From positions 992,001 to 1,056,000 of the forward strand of contig JBHGNT010000001.1 in assembly GCA_043228905.1 (NCBI GenBank): a stretch of 64,000 nucleotides of DNA, given 5' to 3'. Made by a program: the position numbers and the translations under genes. Below, piece by piece: positions 1-10,668 of this stretch (within the stretch, counting starts at the first letter, position 1; the number at the start of each line of letters is the position of its first letter). This stretch comes from Azolla caroliniana (lineage: Eukaryota; Plantae; Polypodiophyta). The notes under the pieces were generated by a model. The model did no database searches and was not told the origin of the DNA. It worked only from the letters and a program-made list of their open reading frames with translations.

Positions 1-207
1 TTAATAACTCACTGAAGTAGGATGACAATGCAAATCAATTTCACCAAATCTTTTGAGAATATCGTTACTGTTATTCCATGCCTGTTTCATTTTACTATAC
101 CGACCATTACTCATAAAGACACTCCAAATATACACAAAACCACAAGCACTATTTCATTCCAAGCTTTATACAGATATCACACTGCTCGGTTGTCCACTAG
201 AAAGCTC

Positions 208-358
208 TCAGTCTAACTTAAGATTATTACAAATACGATACAGTTCAGGCCTTGCTTTCATCCACTCACTGAAAAGCCTCTCTCCAGCATTTGTATTACC
301 GTGAAATGCAACAGAGCTGAACAAATATAATCTGAATGCTATAAGGAAACAGTATCTT
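208..358 (-). CDS. Paladin-like terminal exon
   Basis: TTTGCAG acceptor at 359-365 (minus); splices in frame to exon 1512-1634 (AG|A = Arg); WMKARPEL motif; TGA at 208-210. Confidence 0.8.
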
Positions 359-588
359 CTGCAAAGAGTTTATATACAATAAATCATTACAATGATAAAA
401 CATATTATTTTGCCGGAAGGTAATAAACCGTCATTTAAGTTTAGTTGAGATTGCAAAACAAAACATCATGATTTTGGATGCATCTATAACTTTAATTTCA
501 AAATTGAAGGGTGATTTTAAACAATGCAAATGAAAAAAATACATGGAAGTCAGGTTTCATTTTTAACACGGTAGTCTTGACTCTTTTT

Positions 589-1076
589 ACCAAAACCAAA
601 ATGTCCTTCCCTTGGGTTTTAGAAAAGTCATAACAACTGCAACATACAAAATATTTTTTCCCAACTCATCTTTATAAGACGATGGTTAAGGAAACAAATC
701 TATGTACTCCAAAGTAGAGGAAAACTAATCTGAAAGTTATTCTATAGACACATTCCAAGCTATTCCATTGACAACAACAAAAGTAGTTGCATCCAGAGAC
801 AAGCCGTCGCAGCTCATAGATATGAACCATTTCAATGCTTCTTCAACCTGCTCTTGTTCAGCATAATTTGTAATAAATACATTCCAAGCTATTCCATAAA
901 CAGAAACAAAAGTTGTAACATCCCGAGACAAGCCCTCGCAACTCCTAGAGTGGAACCATTAGAATGATTTTTCAGCATGCTATATTTCTGTGCTTCTTCA
1001 AGACAACACATTTCATATGCACGTCTGTAAACACAAAAAGAATGCTTCCTCTTTCCACATCAATCATCTTGTTGGT
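589..1076 (-). mobile_element. PPR-derived retroposed insert, copy 1
   Basis: Flanked by a perfect 17-bp direct repeat TAGTCTTGACTCTTTTT (572-588, 1077-1093). Encodes PPR-like remnant IAWNVFITNYAEQEQVEEALKWFISMSCDGLSLDATTFV. Homologous to 45953-46195. Confidence 0.8.
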
Positions 1077-1511
1077 TAGTCTTGACTCTTTTTCCATCGT
1101 CTCTCAGCTGTTTCGTACCACCACTCTTCTCCATAACAATGCACAGAAGAGCCCTAGAAATAAATTTTACAGCTAGTGGGGCTTCAAACTAGGAATTCTT
1201 CAGGTAAAATCAATCGCCTGTAATAGACCATAGAATGGCCTGAAAGAATCTAGGCTACTCATTATGAACCCTAGAAAGAAACCTTAGAACAATTGAGGTT
1301 TCAAACTAGGACTTCTTTTGGTAAATGGAAACATCTATGCTACCGTAAAAGACCGTACAGTAGTCTCCAATCCATTATATTACGCACTTTTTAGCGAAAA
1401 TAGGATCCTCATTATGGTTTAGTAATATGCACTTGGCATGTTCATATCATAGCTTCATTAAGCATATGTAATAGGACAAAGGCATGACAAGTTCTTAACA
1501 GACGTATTTAC

Positions 1512-1634
1512 CTTAGAGCTTTAATGCCCATGTCCAGGTTATGAGTTTTGAAATCCTCAATAGCTAAACTACAGTTTTTCAACTGTTGCTTGTAAAAAAC
1601 AATGTCCTCATGAAGACTCCCAGCATCTTGACAC
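1512..1634 (-). CDS. Paladin-like penultimate exon
   Basis: TTCGCAG acceptor and AG|GTAAAT donor; peptide CQDAGSLHEDIVFYKQQLKNCSLAIEDFKTHNLDMGIKALR. Confidence 0.8.
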
Positions 1635-2170
1635 CTGCGAATGAAGATAGTAGTTATGATTATAAGATATATCAAACTAATCTCTTTAATGAAGGTGTTA
1701 ACCATCAATTGTGGCTTTAAGCAAGAGGCTGATATCAAAGAAAAAACTCTACAAGGGTAATGTATTTTCCCTTTTCGACCCAAGTGTGCATAGTTAAAAT
1801 TTGTAAAATCTACTAGGGTACTTCCATATGTTCCCAATATAGAGGTATGTTGAAATTTTTCCTAATTAAGTTTGACAACACTAGGCAAAAGGGATATTTC
1901 TTACAATTAAATCTGAACGAGGAAAATGCAATAAGTAGATACGAAAGTAATAAGAAAGATAACCAGGCGGTTCTCGATTAACGTGAAAATTGATGGGAAG
2001 ATGCTGAACACGTCCCAACCTCAGTTGGGCAAAGTATGGATCTGAATCAGTAAACCAAAAAGCTGCGAAAGGAAAGGATAGAAAATAAAACCAAAGTTTA
2101 TAAATTTAGTCTGTCTGTTTCCAGAAGTTTCAGCAGGTTACAGCTGATAGTGGCTCAGTGTTATTAATTA

Positions 2171-2483
2171 GGGAAAAGTATCAGGATACCCCTGGAAGTT
2201 CGTCTATTTAACAGAATGCCCTTGGAAGTTCCAAATTTACCAAACTACCCCTATGTCCAAAAAAATACACTTTATAAAGTAATTATACACTCAAATCTTT
2301 GGTAAATAGGGCTAGTTCGGGTCCATTTCTTCCATCTTTGGTAAATAGGGCTTGTACATTTGAGTGTATAATTACTTTATAAAGTGTAATTTTTTGGACA
2401 TAGGGGTAGTTTGATCAATTTGGAACTTCCAAGGGCATTTTGGTAAATAGACGAACTTCTAGGGGTATCCTGGTACTTTTCCC
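2171..2483. mobile_element. Mutator-like MITE (foldback)
   Basis: ~125-bp terminal inverted repeats beginning GGGAAAAGTA / ending TACTTTTCCC; 9-bp TSD TATTAATTA at 2162-2170 and 2484-2492. Confidence 0.9.
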
Positions 2484-2720
2484 TATTAATTATAAGGCAC
2501 ATTCCCCTAAAGACTTCATCGTAATCAACCTTGGACTGTATGTCGCTGGCTTAGGGCACATCTATTGGTGTCAAGCAAATTGTTCTGCATTTTGAACTAG
2601 TCATTACTACGGAACTTTTACTTGTTTTAAGGCAATAAAATTAAAGTTTCTCTTGTAGACAAACTAGCGCTTTTATTAATTTTAGGGCTTCATAGACACT
2701 GTACTAGATTCTAACTCATG

Positions 2721-3685
2721 TGTGTTGGAGGGTGGCAGCCCCAGACCTGCACTCTCTTTCATCTTTATTATCTCTGTTCTACATTCCCTCTCTTCCTAGA
2801 TTCTTCTCTCTCTAGAATCTCCAACTCTTTAAATGCCTTCTCTCTCTAGAATCTGCATCGCTTTAAATGCCTTTTTCTCTCTTCCACTTTTTCCAAGATA
2901 TTGGACCTGTTTGGTAGTACAAGGGTCACTTAACCAGCCTCTTTTGTAAAGTCTTTGTTTAGCTGTGTTTCTATTATTTGCAACCATTTTTTCTACTGTT
3001 GCCTAACAGCCTTCTCACTGCTTTGGCTGAGTCTATGTGTTTCTAACAACTGTTCCATTGCTGTTATTAACAGCTTTTCTCTCATGGTATAAGAGCAGTG
3101 AGGTCTCCATATCCTCAACCTGAATTTTTTTGCCAAAGAGCACACAGACCTAGCTTCTTTTATCTCCCCCTCCTAACCCTATAGAGGAGGTTCTCTTAGC
3201 AGCCACCTCCCAACCTACAAAGGAGGTTCTTTTTTCTTTTCCCCTCATCTAGGGAGGAGTAGAAAGACCCTGAGCATCTACTTACAGCTGCTGCAAATTG
3301 TCCAGTTGTAGCTGAAGAGGAGGATATCCATGGCCTTGCATGCCACCATTGTGTCATCAACCATTCCCCAACTCCCCAAAGAGTCCAACTTGGATGGGAG
3401 CAATTACTTGGATGGGAACTTGGATTGCTATAGTACCATCGTCTATGGAATGTAGTCAATGGTAGTGACAAGAAACCGCAGGTAACTTCATCCTCTTCAA
3501 CCAAATCAGTTGTTGGCTCATCTAATGCTGAGATTGAAGCTTGGCTAGATAAGCATTCTCGTGCTCATGCTTTCCTCATGTTTAATATTAAACCGAGGAT
3601 CGCTCGTCAATTTCACGATACAGATGACGAGACAGCCAATGAACTATGGGCAGCCATCGAAAAGAGGTATCATCGAGCTAATCAA
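2721..3685 (+). mobile_element. Copia family A: 5' LTR, PBS and degenerate gag start
   Basis: TG-start LTR-like region ending CA at 3084; tRNA-iMet PBS variant TGGTATAAGAGC (3085-3096); gag-like WLDKHSRAHAFLMFNIKPRIARQFHDTDDETANELWAAIEKRY. Left boundary approximate. Confidence 0.7.
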
Positions 3686-4802
3686 CTTATGGCACAAGCG
3701 GATCGGCCATGTCAACTACTAAAGGCTTCAAGACTGCAATCAAAACAGGTAGTATTCGGATTGCCGAAATTTAGTGGCCGGAAGGCACAGATTTGTGAAG
3801 CCCGTCAACTTGGGAAGCAACACTAACTTCCATTCCCCAACGAGCGAAACCGGAGCCGGAACCTGAAGAAAAGCGAAGTCTTTGACTGTATCCGAAACCT
3901 AAAAAGTCTTGTCGAAAGGGAAACGGAAAGACAGATAAAGTATCTGCAATCGGATGGCGAAAAAGAATACTTTTCCAACCAATTCAACTATTATTTGCAA
4001 AAGATGGGAATTCAGAGAAAATTCAACTGCAGATATACGCCGAAACAAAACGACGTAGCCGAAAGAAAGAACCGATCAATTGTGGAAGCGGCAAGGGCAA
4101 TGCTGGAGGAGAAGAGCATGGCCAGATTTTACTGGGCCAAAGTGGTTCGTACCACGGTCTACATCCAAAATCAAATCGGGGAGAAGGTGTTAGCACATGA
4201 GCTGTATTTCGGGCGAAAGACGAACTTGCAACACCCAAGGGTATTCAGTAGTATTGCCTACGTGCATGTGCCGGATGAGAAGTGGAAGAAGTTGAATGCC
4301 AAGTTGGAGAATTGTATCCTAGTCGGCTACTCACATGAACAGGAGTATAAGCGTTACAACCCCCGAACAAAGGAGGTCCGAGTGAGCCGAGATATTGAAT
4401 TCGACGAGTCGGCATCATGGTACTCCCTACCGACTCCAACTCCGACTCCGACACCAACCCCCAACAACTCCGACCACCGATCACTGAGGATGAGGCCAGT
4501 GAGCCTGAAATGATTCAGGAAGAAGAAGAAGAAGATATCGGTGCTCTAGAGGAGAGTCTGATTTCATTCCGGCTGAGTGGGCCGAATGAAAGACCGAGTC
4601 AGAACAACCAATTAGATGATGAGCCGGCAAGTAGTGGAGACTTGGCCGTGCTCTCCCCGCGCAAGGAACAATGGAGACGGTTCACCCAGAACGAAAAAAG
4701 GAAGAAGAAGATGCTGGAATACGGCATCGACAAAGAAGAGTCGGATAGAGCGACTCCGACTCCAGAAAGCATGAAGACGAACCTTCAAAGACGAAGTCCG
4801 CG

Positions 4803-5837
4803 TTGGCCAAGAGGGCCCTAAAATCGGCAAATGAGAAGTTACGGCGATCGACCCGCCAGAAGAATCCCGTGAAGCGGTATGGTTATAATGAGTATATGGC
4901 ACATCATTATGCATACATGACAAAGGTAGCGGATGTGCGTGAGTCGGAGAACTACGCAGAAGCGGCAAAAGACACAAATTGGCGTGCCGCAATGGAGGAA
5001 GAGATGCGAGCAGTAACGGAGAATGAGACTTGGGACTTGGTTGACGCCCCCAAGGGCATGAAGCCGATCAGATGCAAGTGGGTGTACAAGATCAAGTACA
5101 ATGCCGACGGCTCCGTCAACCGCTACAAGGCCCGGTTAGTGGCCAAGGGCTATGCACAACAACACAGCATCGACTACGATAAGACATTCACGCCGGTCGC
5201 GAAGATGAAGACCGTCCATGTCTTGCTTGCGGTCGCCACGGCGAAGGGTTGGCATTTGCACTATATGGATGTGAAGAACACGTTCCTACAAGGAGAACTT
5301 GAGGAACAGGTATACATGGTGCATCCACCCGGATTGAATACCTCAGCAGTATGCAGACTGAAGAAGTTCCTTTACGGATTAAAGCAAGCCCCGCATGCCT
5401 GGAACGTGAAGATCACACAGCGCCTGCGTCGGATGGGGTTTGCTACATCAAAGTCGAACTCTTCACTCTTCATCCGGCAAGGTCAGAATGGGGCGGTAAG
5501 TCTCTTACTTTATGTTGATGATTTAGTCATCACCGGCATCGACCCAAAGGAAACTGGTCGTGTGAAGTTTCAACTTGCAGCATCATTTGAGATGAAGGAC
5601 CTGGGGGACCTTCACTACTTCCTCGGGATCGAAGTGATCCACACCCCCGACGGCATATTTTTGTCTCAGCAACACTATGTTTTGAATATGTTGTTCAAGT
5701 TCGACATGACAGTTTGCCGACTGGTCTCAACGCCCCTTGACCGGAATTTGAAGCTACGTCTTGACTCCGGAATGGCCTGCGACAAGAAACAGTTCCAACA
5801 AATTGTCAGAAGCCTCATATACCTAACTATCACCTGA
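4803..5837 (+). pseudogene. Copia reverse transcriptase fragment
   Basis: CKWVYKIK, YKARLVAKGYAQ, MDVKNTFLQG, LYVDDL, FEMKDLG motifs; ends at a premature stop. Confidence 0.9.
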
Positions 5838-6960
5838 CCTGACAGTTATCCGGTCGGAGTGATCAATCAATACATGTAGCGATCGACCGTCAAGCACCTT
5901 CAATGCGCGCATCGACTACTGCGATATGTGAGCAGCACTAAGGATCGGGGATTGTTGTACCGACGCGGTATAACCGAAAAGTTAGTCGGTTATACATATG
6001 CCAATTGGGCTGGTGATGCGTCGGATCGTCGGTCAACATCCGCCTTCATGTTTTTTTTCGGGAGCGCGGCTATTGCGTGGAGCAGCAAGAAGCAGCTGAC
6101 AATGACTGTCGAGCATTGACGCTAAATACAGAGGAGCTACCGTCGCAACCTGTGAAACCATATGGCTTCGGCAACTACTGAGACCTTCGGATCAAATTAT
6201 CAACTCCGATCTCGATCTACTACGACAACATTAGTAGCATGCAGCTCGCCAAGAACCCCGTATTCCATGCTAGCACAAAGCACACCAAAGTGCATTATCA
6301 CTTCATGCACGAGTGGGTCCTGAGCGGTGAAGTCAAACTCCAGTATGTTCGAACCGATCGGCAGCTTGCCGACATCTTCACCAAGCTACTTGGATCGAAC
6401 AAGTTGCAACACTTTTCGAAGATGCTTGGGCTACAGCATCTCGACATGCCGCATTTGAAGGGGAGAACCGAAATAGGAACTGGGAGAACAGGTAAAGGCA
6501 CCGCCGAAGACAAGGAGAACGAAACCAAAACAGGGGGAGACAAGGAGAAAAAGGGAGCCAAGTCGACTGAGAAAGTCGGCACATCCGATAAAGTCAAAAC
6601 GAGCGGCTACAACGGCAGAGTCAAGAAGGACAAAGCCGATCGGAAGATGAAGGCCAAGACCCAGACATGGTTTGATGCGGTAAAGGGCCTAAAGGATGAA
6701 GACGAATTAGAGTCAGCCAATTCGGACAAGAGCGGGAACGAATCAATGGAAGTCAATTCGGTTGAACAACTCGATTCAGAAGAGCCAGATCAGTTGAAAG
6801 CCAAACAGATGAAAAGGCATCAAAAGTCGACACCGACACAGGGAAGCCAACGAGTCAAGAAGCGTTGAAGTCACAGCAACGAAGGAGCTGAGATGGGCCT
6901 TATGAGCAAACAAGCTGACCGAGAACGTCGAAGTGCGCAGAACCGGCGGGTTGTGGCAAG

Positions 6961-7551
6961 TAGCAATGGGCACGGTTTCGGCTCGAACCAAACCAAACCA
7001 AACCAAACCGTTAAGCCATGGTTTCACAGTTTATTGGTTCCAAAAAATTATAATGGTCTAGTTTGGTTTGGATTTTCGATAAACGGTTCGGTTTCGGTTC
7101 TAAAACTCGGGTTTATAGGTTTATAGGTTTTTGGTTAACTTTTGTTTTACCTTAATAGTTTATTGATTTAATGGTTTAATTAATGGTTTTTTTATTGATT
7201 TAATTATTAAATGTTTATTTAATTTAATGGTTCAATTAAAGTTTCTTTTATTGATTTAATAAATGTAACTTAAATGCTTATTTAATTTAATGTATTTTTG
7301 TTTATTTAGATGTTTAATTAGTTTAATTTAAGTGGTTAGGTTTAAATGTTTTATTAAATGGTTCAGTTTGGTTTCAACTTTTCCCTAAACGGTTTGGTTT
7401 TAAATGGTTTGGTTTCAACTATTTCTTAAATGGTTTGGTTTCAATACTACGAGTTCATAAACGGTTTGATTTGGTTTTTGTTTTAAATAAACGGTTCGGT
7501 TTCGGTTCGGTTCGGTTTTTTTGCCTTGAAACCGAACCGCGCCCATTGCTA
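6961..7551. mobile_element. hAT-type MITE inserted in the copia 3' UTR
   Basis: TIRs TAGCAATGGGC / GCCCATTGCTA; 8-bp TSD GTGGCAAG (6953-6960, 7552-7559); many AAACC(G)/CGGTT subterminal motifs; AT-rich core. Confidence 0.9.
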
Positions 7552-7622
7552 GTGGCAAGCGGGACCGGACGGGTCGAGGAGCGCGAATGAGGCGTGAAGA
7601 CACCAGGAGAAGCCGGAAGCAA

Positions 7623-8064
7623 GGACTGGCAACGACAAACACCACAATCCGACCCCAAGTTGAGCTCGAGGGGGAGTGTTGAGCAAACAAGCTCAACATG
7701 ATCCAGATCAACTGAATAAGCCAGAGCCGAATTGTAATCCGGAAGGAAGAACCGGATCAGTGTCTGGATCAGTATCCAGAACGGAGAGCCGGATCAATGT
7801 CTGAAACCAAGAGCCAAATCAGTATCCAGATCTGTGCGTAACCGGACTAGCAACGACAAACACCACAATCCGACCCCAAGTTGAGCTCGAGGGGGAGTGT
7901 TGAGCAAACAAGCTCAACATGATCCAGATCAACTGAATAAGCCAGAGCCGGATTGTAATTCGGAAGGAAGAACCGGATCAGTGTCTGGATCAGTATCCGG
8001 AACGGAGAGCCGGGTCAATGTCCGAAACCAAGAGCCAAACCAGTATCCAGATCTATGCGTAACC
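7623..8064 (+). repeat. 221-bp tandem duplication spanning the PPT and LTR start
   Basis: Copies 7623-7843 and 7844-8064; LTR start TGTTGAGC appears at both 7677 and 7898. Confidence 0.9.
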
Positions 8065-8435
8065 GGTAAGCCATTAGAGGCCTACGGTCCTAGCCTATTA
8101 GATAGGCATATGTTTGGGAGCTTGTGTCATGGCTCAGTACAAGCATTGAAGTACTTGTCAGTACTTCTATGAGCCCTTTTAAGGACGTGTATAAAAGTGC
8201 TCATAGAACACATTGTATGTACAGAGTGTTGAGTATTATTTTGATATAAAGTTTTACTAGTTTGCTCTCTCTGTCTCTCCTACGTACTCTCTGTGTGTTT
8301 CAAGCTTTCCATTAAACCTTAGTTCTATTTTCTATTGCTATCCGGTTGAGTCGGTTGTGTCTACGAGCTTCTGCACGTAACACTTCACACTGCATCACCT
8401 TTTCTACCTCTCTACTAATAGATGATAAGAAAAAA

Positions 8436-8680
8436 CACTATTGACATGTATCATAATCATAATATTAGGATGAGAACAATAGCTCGTTCTGTCTAAAGTG
8501 CTATCACCTATTTTGCCTCTTTATGAATGGATGATACGACAAATCACTGTTGACAAGTATCTTTATCACAATATTAGGATGAGAACAGCATCTCATTCTA
8601 TCTAACCCATGTTTACCTATTTTATCTCTTTATGAATAGTTGATAAGATAAATCACTATGGCATCTATCATAATCACACT
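8436..8680 (+). repeat. Diverged 109-bp tandem repeat (~2.3 copies)
   Basis: CACTATTGAC/CACTGTTGAC/CACTATGGC at 8436, 8545, 8654; AATATTAGGATGAGAACA shared by the two full units. Confidence 0.75.
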
Positions 8681-8732
8681 TAACTTGCATACTAAATTGG
8701 GCAGCAAGCTTAACTGTCTATGATAGTTCATA

Positions 8733-8822
8733 TTATAGAGCTATATTGAATCACGATAGGCTCCTTCAGATGCAAATTTATAGAGCTATATTGAATCACG
8801 ATAGGCCCCTTCCGATGCAATG
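8733..8822 (+). repeat. 45-bp tandem duplication
   Basis: TTATAGAGCTATATTGAATCACGATAGG at 8733 and 8778. Confidence 0.85.
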
Positions 8823-9211
8823 TAATCCCCCCCAGATAGCTATAAGGTAAATTCCTACTAGAGTACGTTATATGCAGACAGCTAGAATGTAAATGCATAC
8901 TAGAGTAGGGTAGAACGTGAGTAATCTTTCAATTTTCAAGAAACCCAAACATATCTCGATGTTATGATTAATCATAGGGAATCCAGTCATGAGTGTCAAC
9001 GTATGTATAGACACACGATATATGCTACATATTAAGCAGACGCTCAATAGTGTTTCAACGTGAATAAATCTTTCACTTCATTAAGAGATACACTGAAAGC
9101 AATATGCACACGATACAAGCCCCTCCCTAACTAGACAAACAAAAACAAGAAAAGAAACACAGAGTCATAAGGAGGGAGGAAGGAAGGAAGGAGGTAAGAA
9201 GAATAAAGAAC

Positions 9212-9417
9212 CTGGCGATAGTTGGGAGCTCCGTGGACGTGAGGGCGGAGGCGTTTGTTCTGGGCATCCAGGTAAGTGATCGTTCTTCATGATGGTCTTC
9301 TTCCCCAGCACCCCACCCCTGCAGGCGTCTCTCCATCACCGACTCTGGCTCGCAATGATGACTCGATGCCGCTGTGTGCAAGGCACCACCATCAGCAGCA
9401 GCAGCATTCAAAAACAT
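9212..9417 (-). pseudogene. Paladin-like exon 1 (frameshifted)
   Basis: ATG at 9417; VLGKKTIMKNDHLPGC and HGAPNYRQ motifs lie in shifted frames; donor CAG|GTTCTT. Confidence 0.8.
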
Positions 9418-9869
9418 TCATTTCTGAGAAACAGAAAGTGGAGGAACACAACGGGACGGGCGTCGGGTATTCGGATATTCGGAATCGTATCGATGATAGA
9501 TACGTATACGAATACGTATACGTATACGTGAATGTTTTGCATACATATGTACATACATATAGCAGCACTCAAGTGACAATACATATGTACATACATATAC
9601 ATATAAGAAACCACACAAACATAGCATGTTGTATTATGTATCGAACTAATGATGAGCAAAAGAATCAAATATTAAGGACAAGAGATTACGGGTGCTTAAC
9701 CACACCAACTACCCTCGAACAAAGGATATGAGTCAAACGTAAAAATACCATCGATGTCCCATACCACTGAAATTTTACCTTGGTTATTGAATAGCGTGCT
9801 CGAAAAAAGAGAGGTTAGCCTCACCAATTGAGTCTCAGCATTGTCTCAAACTATCGTAACAAGTGGGGG

Positions 9870-10053
9870 TAACTAATCCCTTTATATAATTCAATGATTG
9901 AGGCTCCTTGACCACCGCATGTTCCCATGTGTCATAGGTCCTTATTGGTTTGCCCCAAATCCGGTGATATCTAGTTTCCCAACTACCCTACCCTTAACCT
10001 TATTAAAATCAATTATAGACTTCGTCTGTAAGGTTATGAGTCATGACTATAAC
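9870..10053. repeat. Old LTR-like remnant with a diverged second copy at ~46570-46755
   Basis: Shared collinear blocks AGGCTCC, CATGTTCCCATG, CTAGTTTCCCA, TAAGGTTATG in both places. Confidence 0.45.
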
Positions 10054-10668
10054 ACTTAACGCGACTACAATGGAACATGCATTGGACCTCTACTTAGCCT
10101 TTCTCTTGATGTTTCAATTGCATGTCCTCTTTCCGCTCTCCCTTTATGACATGATGATCCTTACCACTTGTCGACTCACATGCCTCCACCACCATTTTAG
10201 TACCCTTTATTGGTGCTCAAACATCCCTTGATCCAATTGCATTGTTTCTCATCACAGTTGTGGTCATTGACTCTAATGTTTCCCTTTCTCTTTCACTTTC
10301 AGGAATTCGCACATCGTCATGCAATATTCCTCGTTGCATCTAATGCCACTTGAATCAATGATAAGCAAAAGAATGGTTTTATGGTGCTTAACTATACAAT
10401 CATTTGTTTAGGGAAACAATGTCATGTTCTTTAGCTTTAACAACCACATACAACTTGATATATATATTGTGAAATGCACATAAATGGAATCCAAACCAGC
10501 TTGCTTAGCTTCTTACTTCCTATTCAATTTATAGTCGTACAAAGGTACCCATTTGGGTTGGCTTTACTTAGCTACATGCGTCCTAACAAGGGTATGCTAA
10601 AAGGGGCACAAAGGAACACATGCACACCCAACATGAAGGCATGCACTTGCATCCAAGGGACACCACAA

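Larger units (their letters stand above)
3686..8382 (+). mobile_element. Copia family B: degenerate integrase-RT-RNase H and 3' LTR
   Basis: LWHKRIGH gag-pre-integrase, integrase (3995-4513), RT LLYVDDL (4803-5837), RNase H (5928-6450) with stops/frameshifts. PPT GAGGGGGAG, then LTR TGTTGAGC...TAACA (7898-8382). Confidence 0.9.
208..9417 (-). pseudogene. Paladin-like (PTP-like/inositol phosphatase, Arabidopsis At3g62010-type) gene remnant: exon 1 plus last two exons only
   Basis: Exon 1 (9417-9212, GT donor) reads EPESVM..RGGVLGKKTIMKNDHLPGC/QNKRLRPHVHGAPNYRQ across two +1 frameshifts. Exon 1634-1512 reads RCQDAGSLHEDIVFYKQQL..DMGIKALR. Exon 358-208 reads RYCFLIAFRLYL..FSEWMKARPELYRICNNLKLD*. 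These match my recollection of the plant paladin N- and C-termini; no internal exons found. Confidence 0.8.

Noticed and set aside
1964-2062. Exon-like segment on the minus strand (FWFTDSDPYFAQLRLGRVQHLP) with a good acceptor
   Set aside because: Its phase is incompatible with the next paladin exon and I do not recognise the peptide; left uncalled.
6450-6868. Lys/Glu-rich ORF tail after RNase H, considered as an env-like or extra gene
   Set aside because: Low-complexity in-frame extension of pol with no TM segment or recognisable motif.
8436-8822. Repeats superficially resembling a CRISPR array
   Set aside because: Contiguous tandem units without unique spacers; eukaryotic context; no cas genes.
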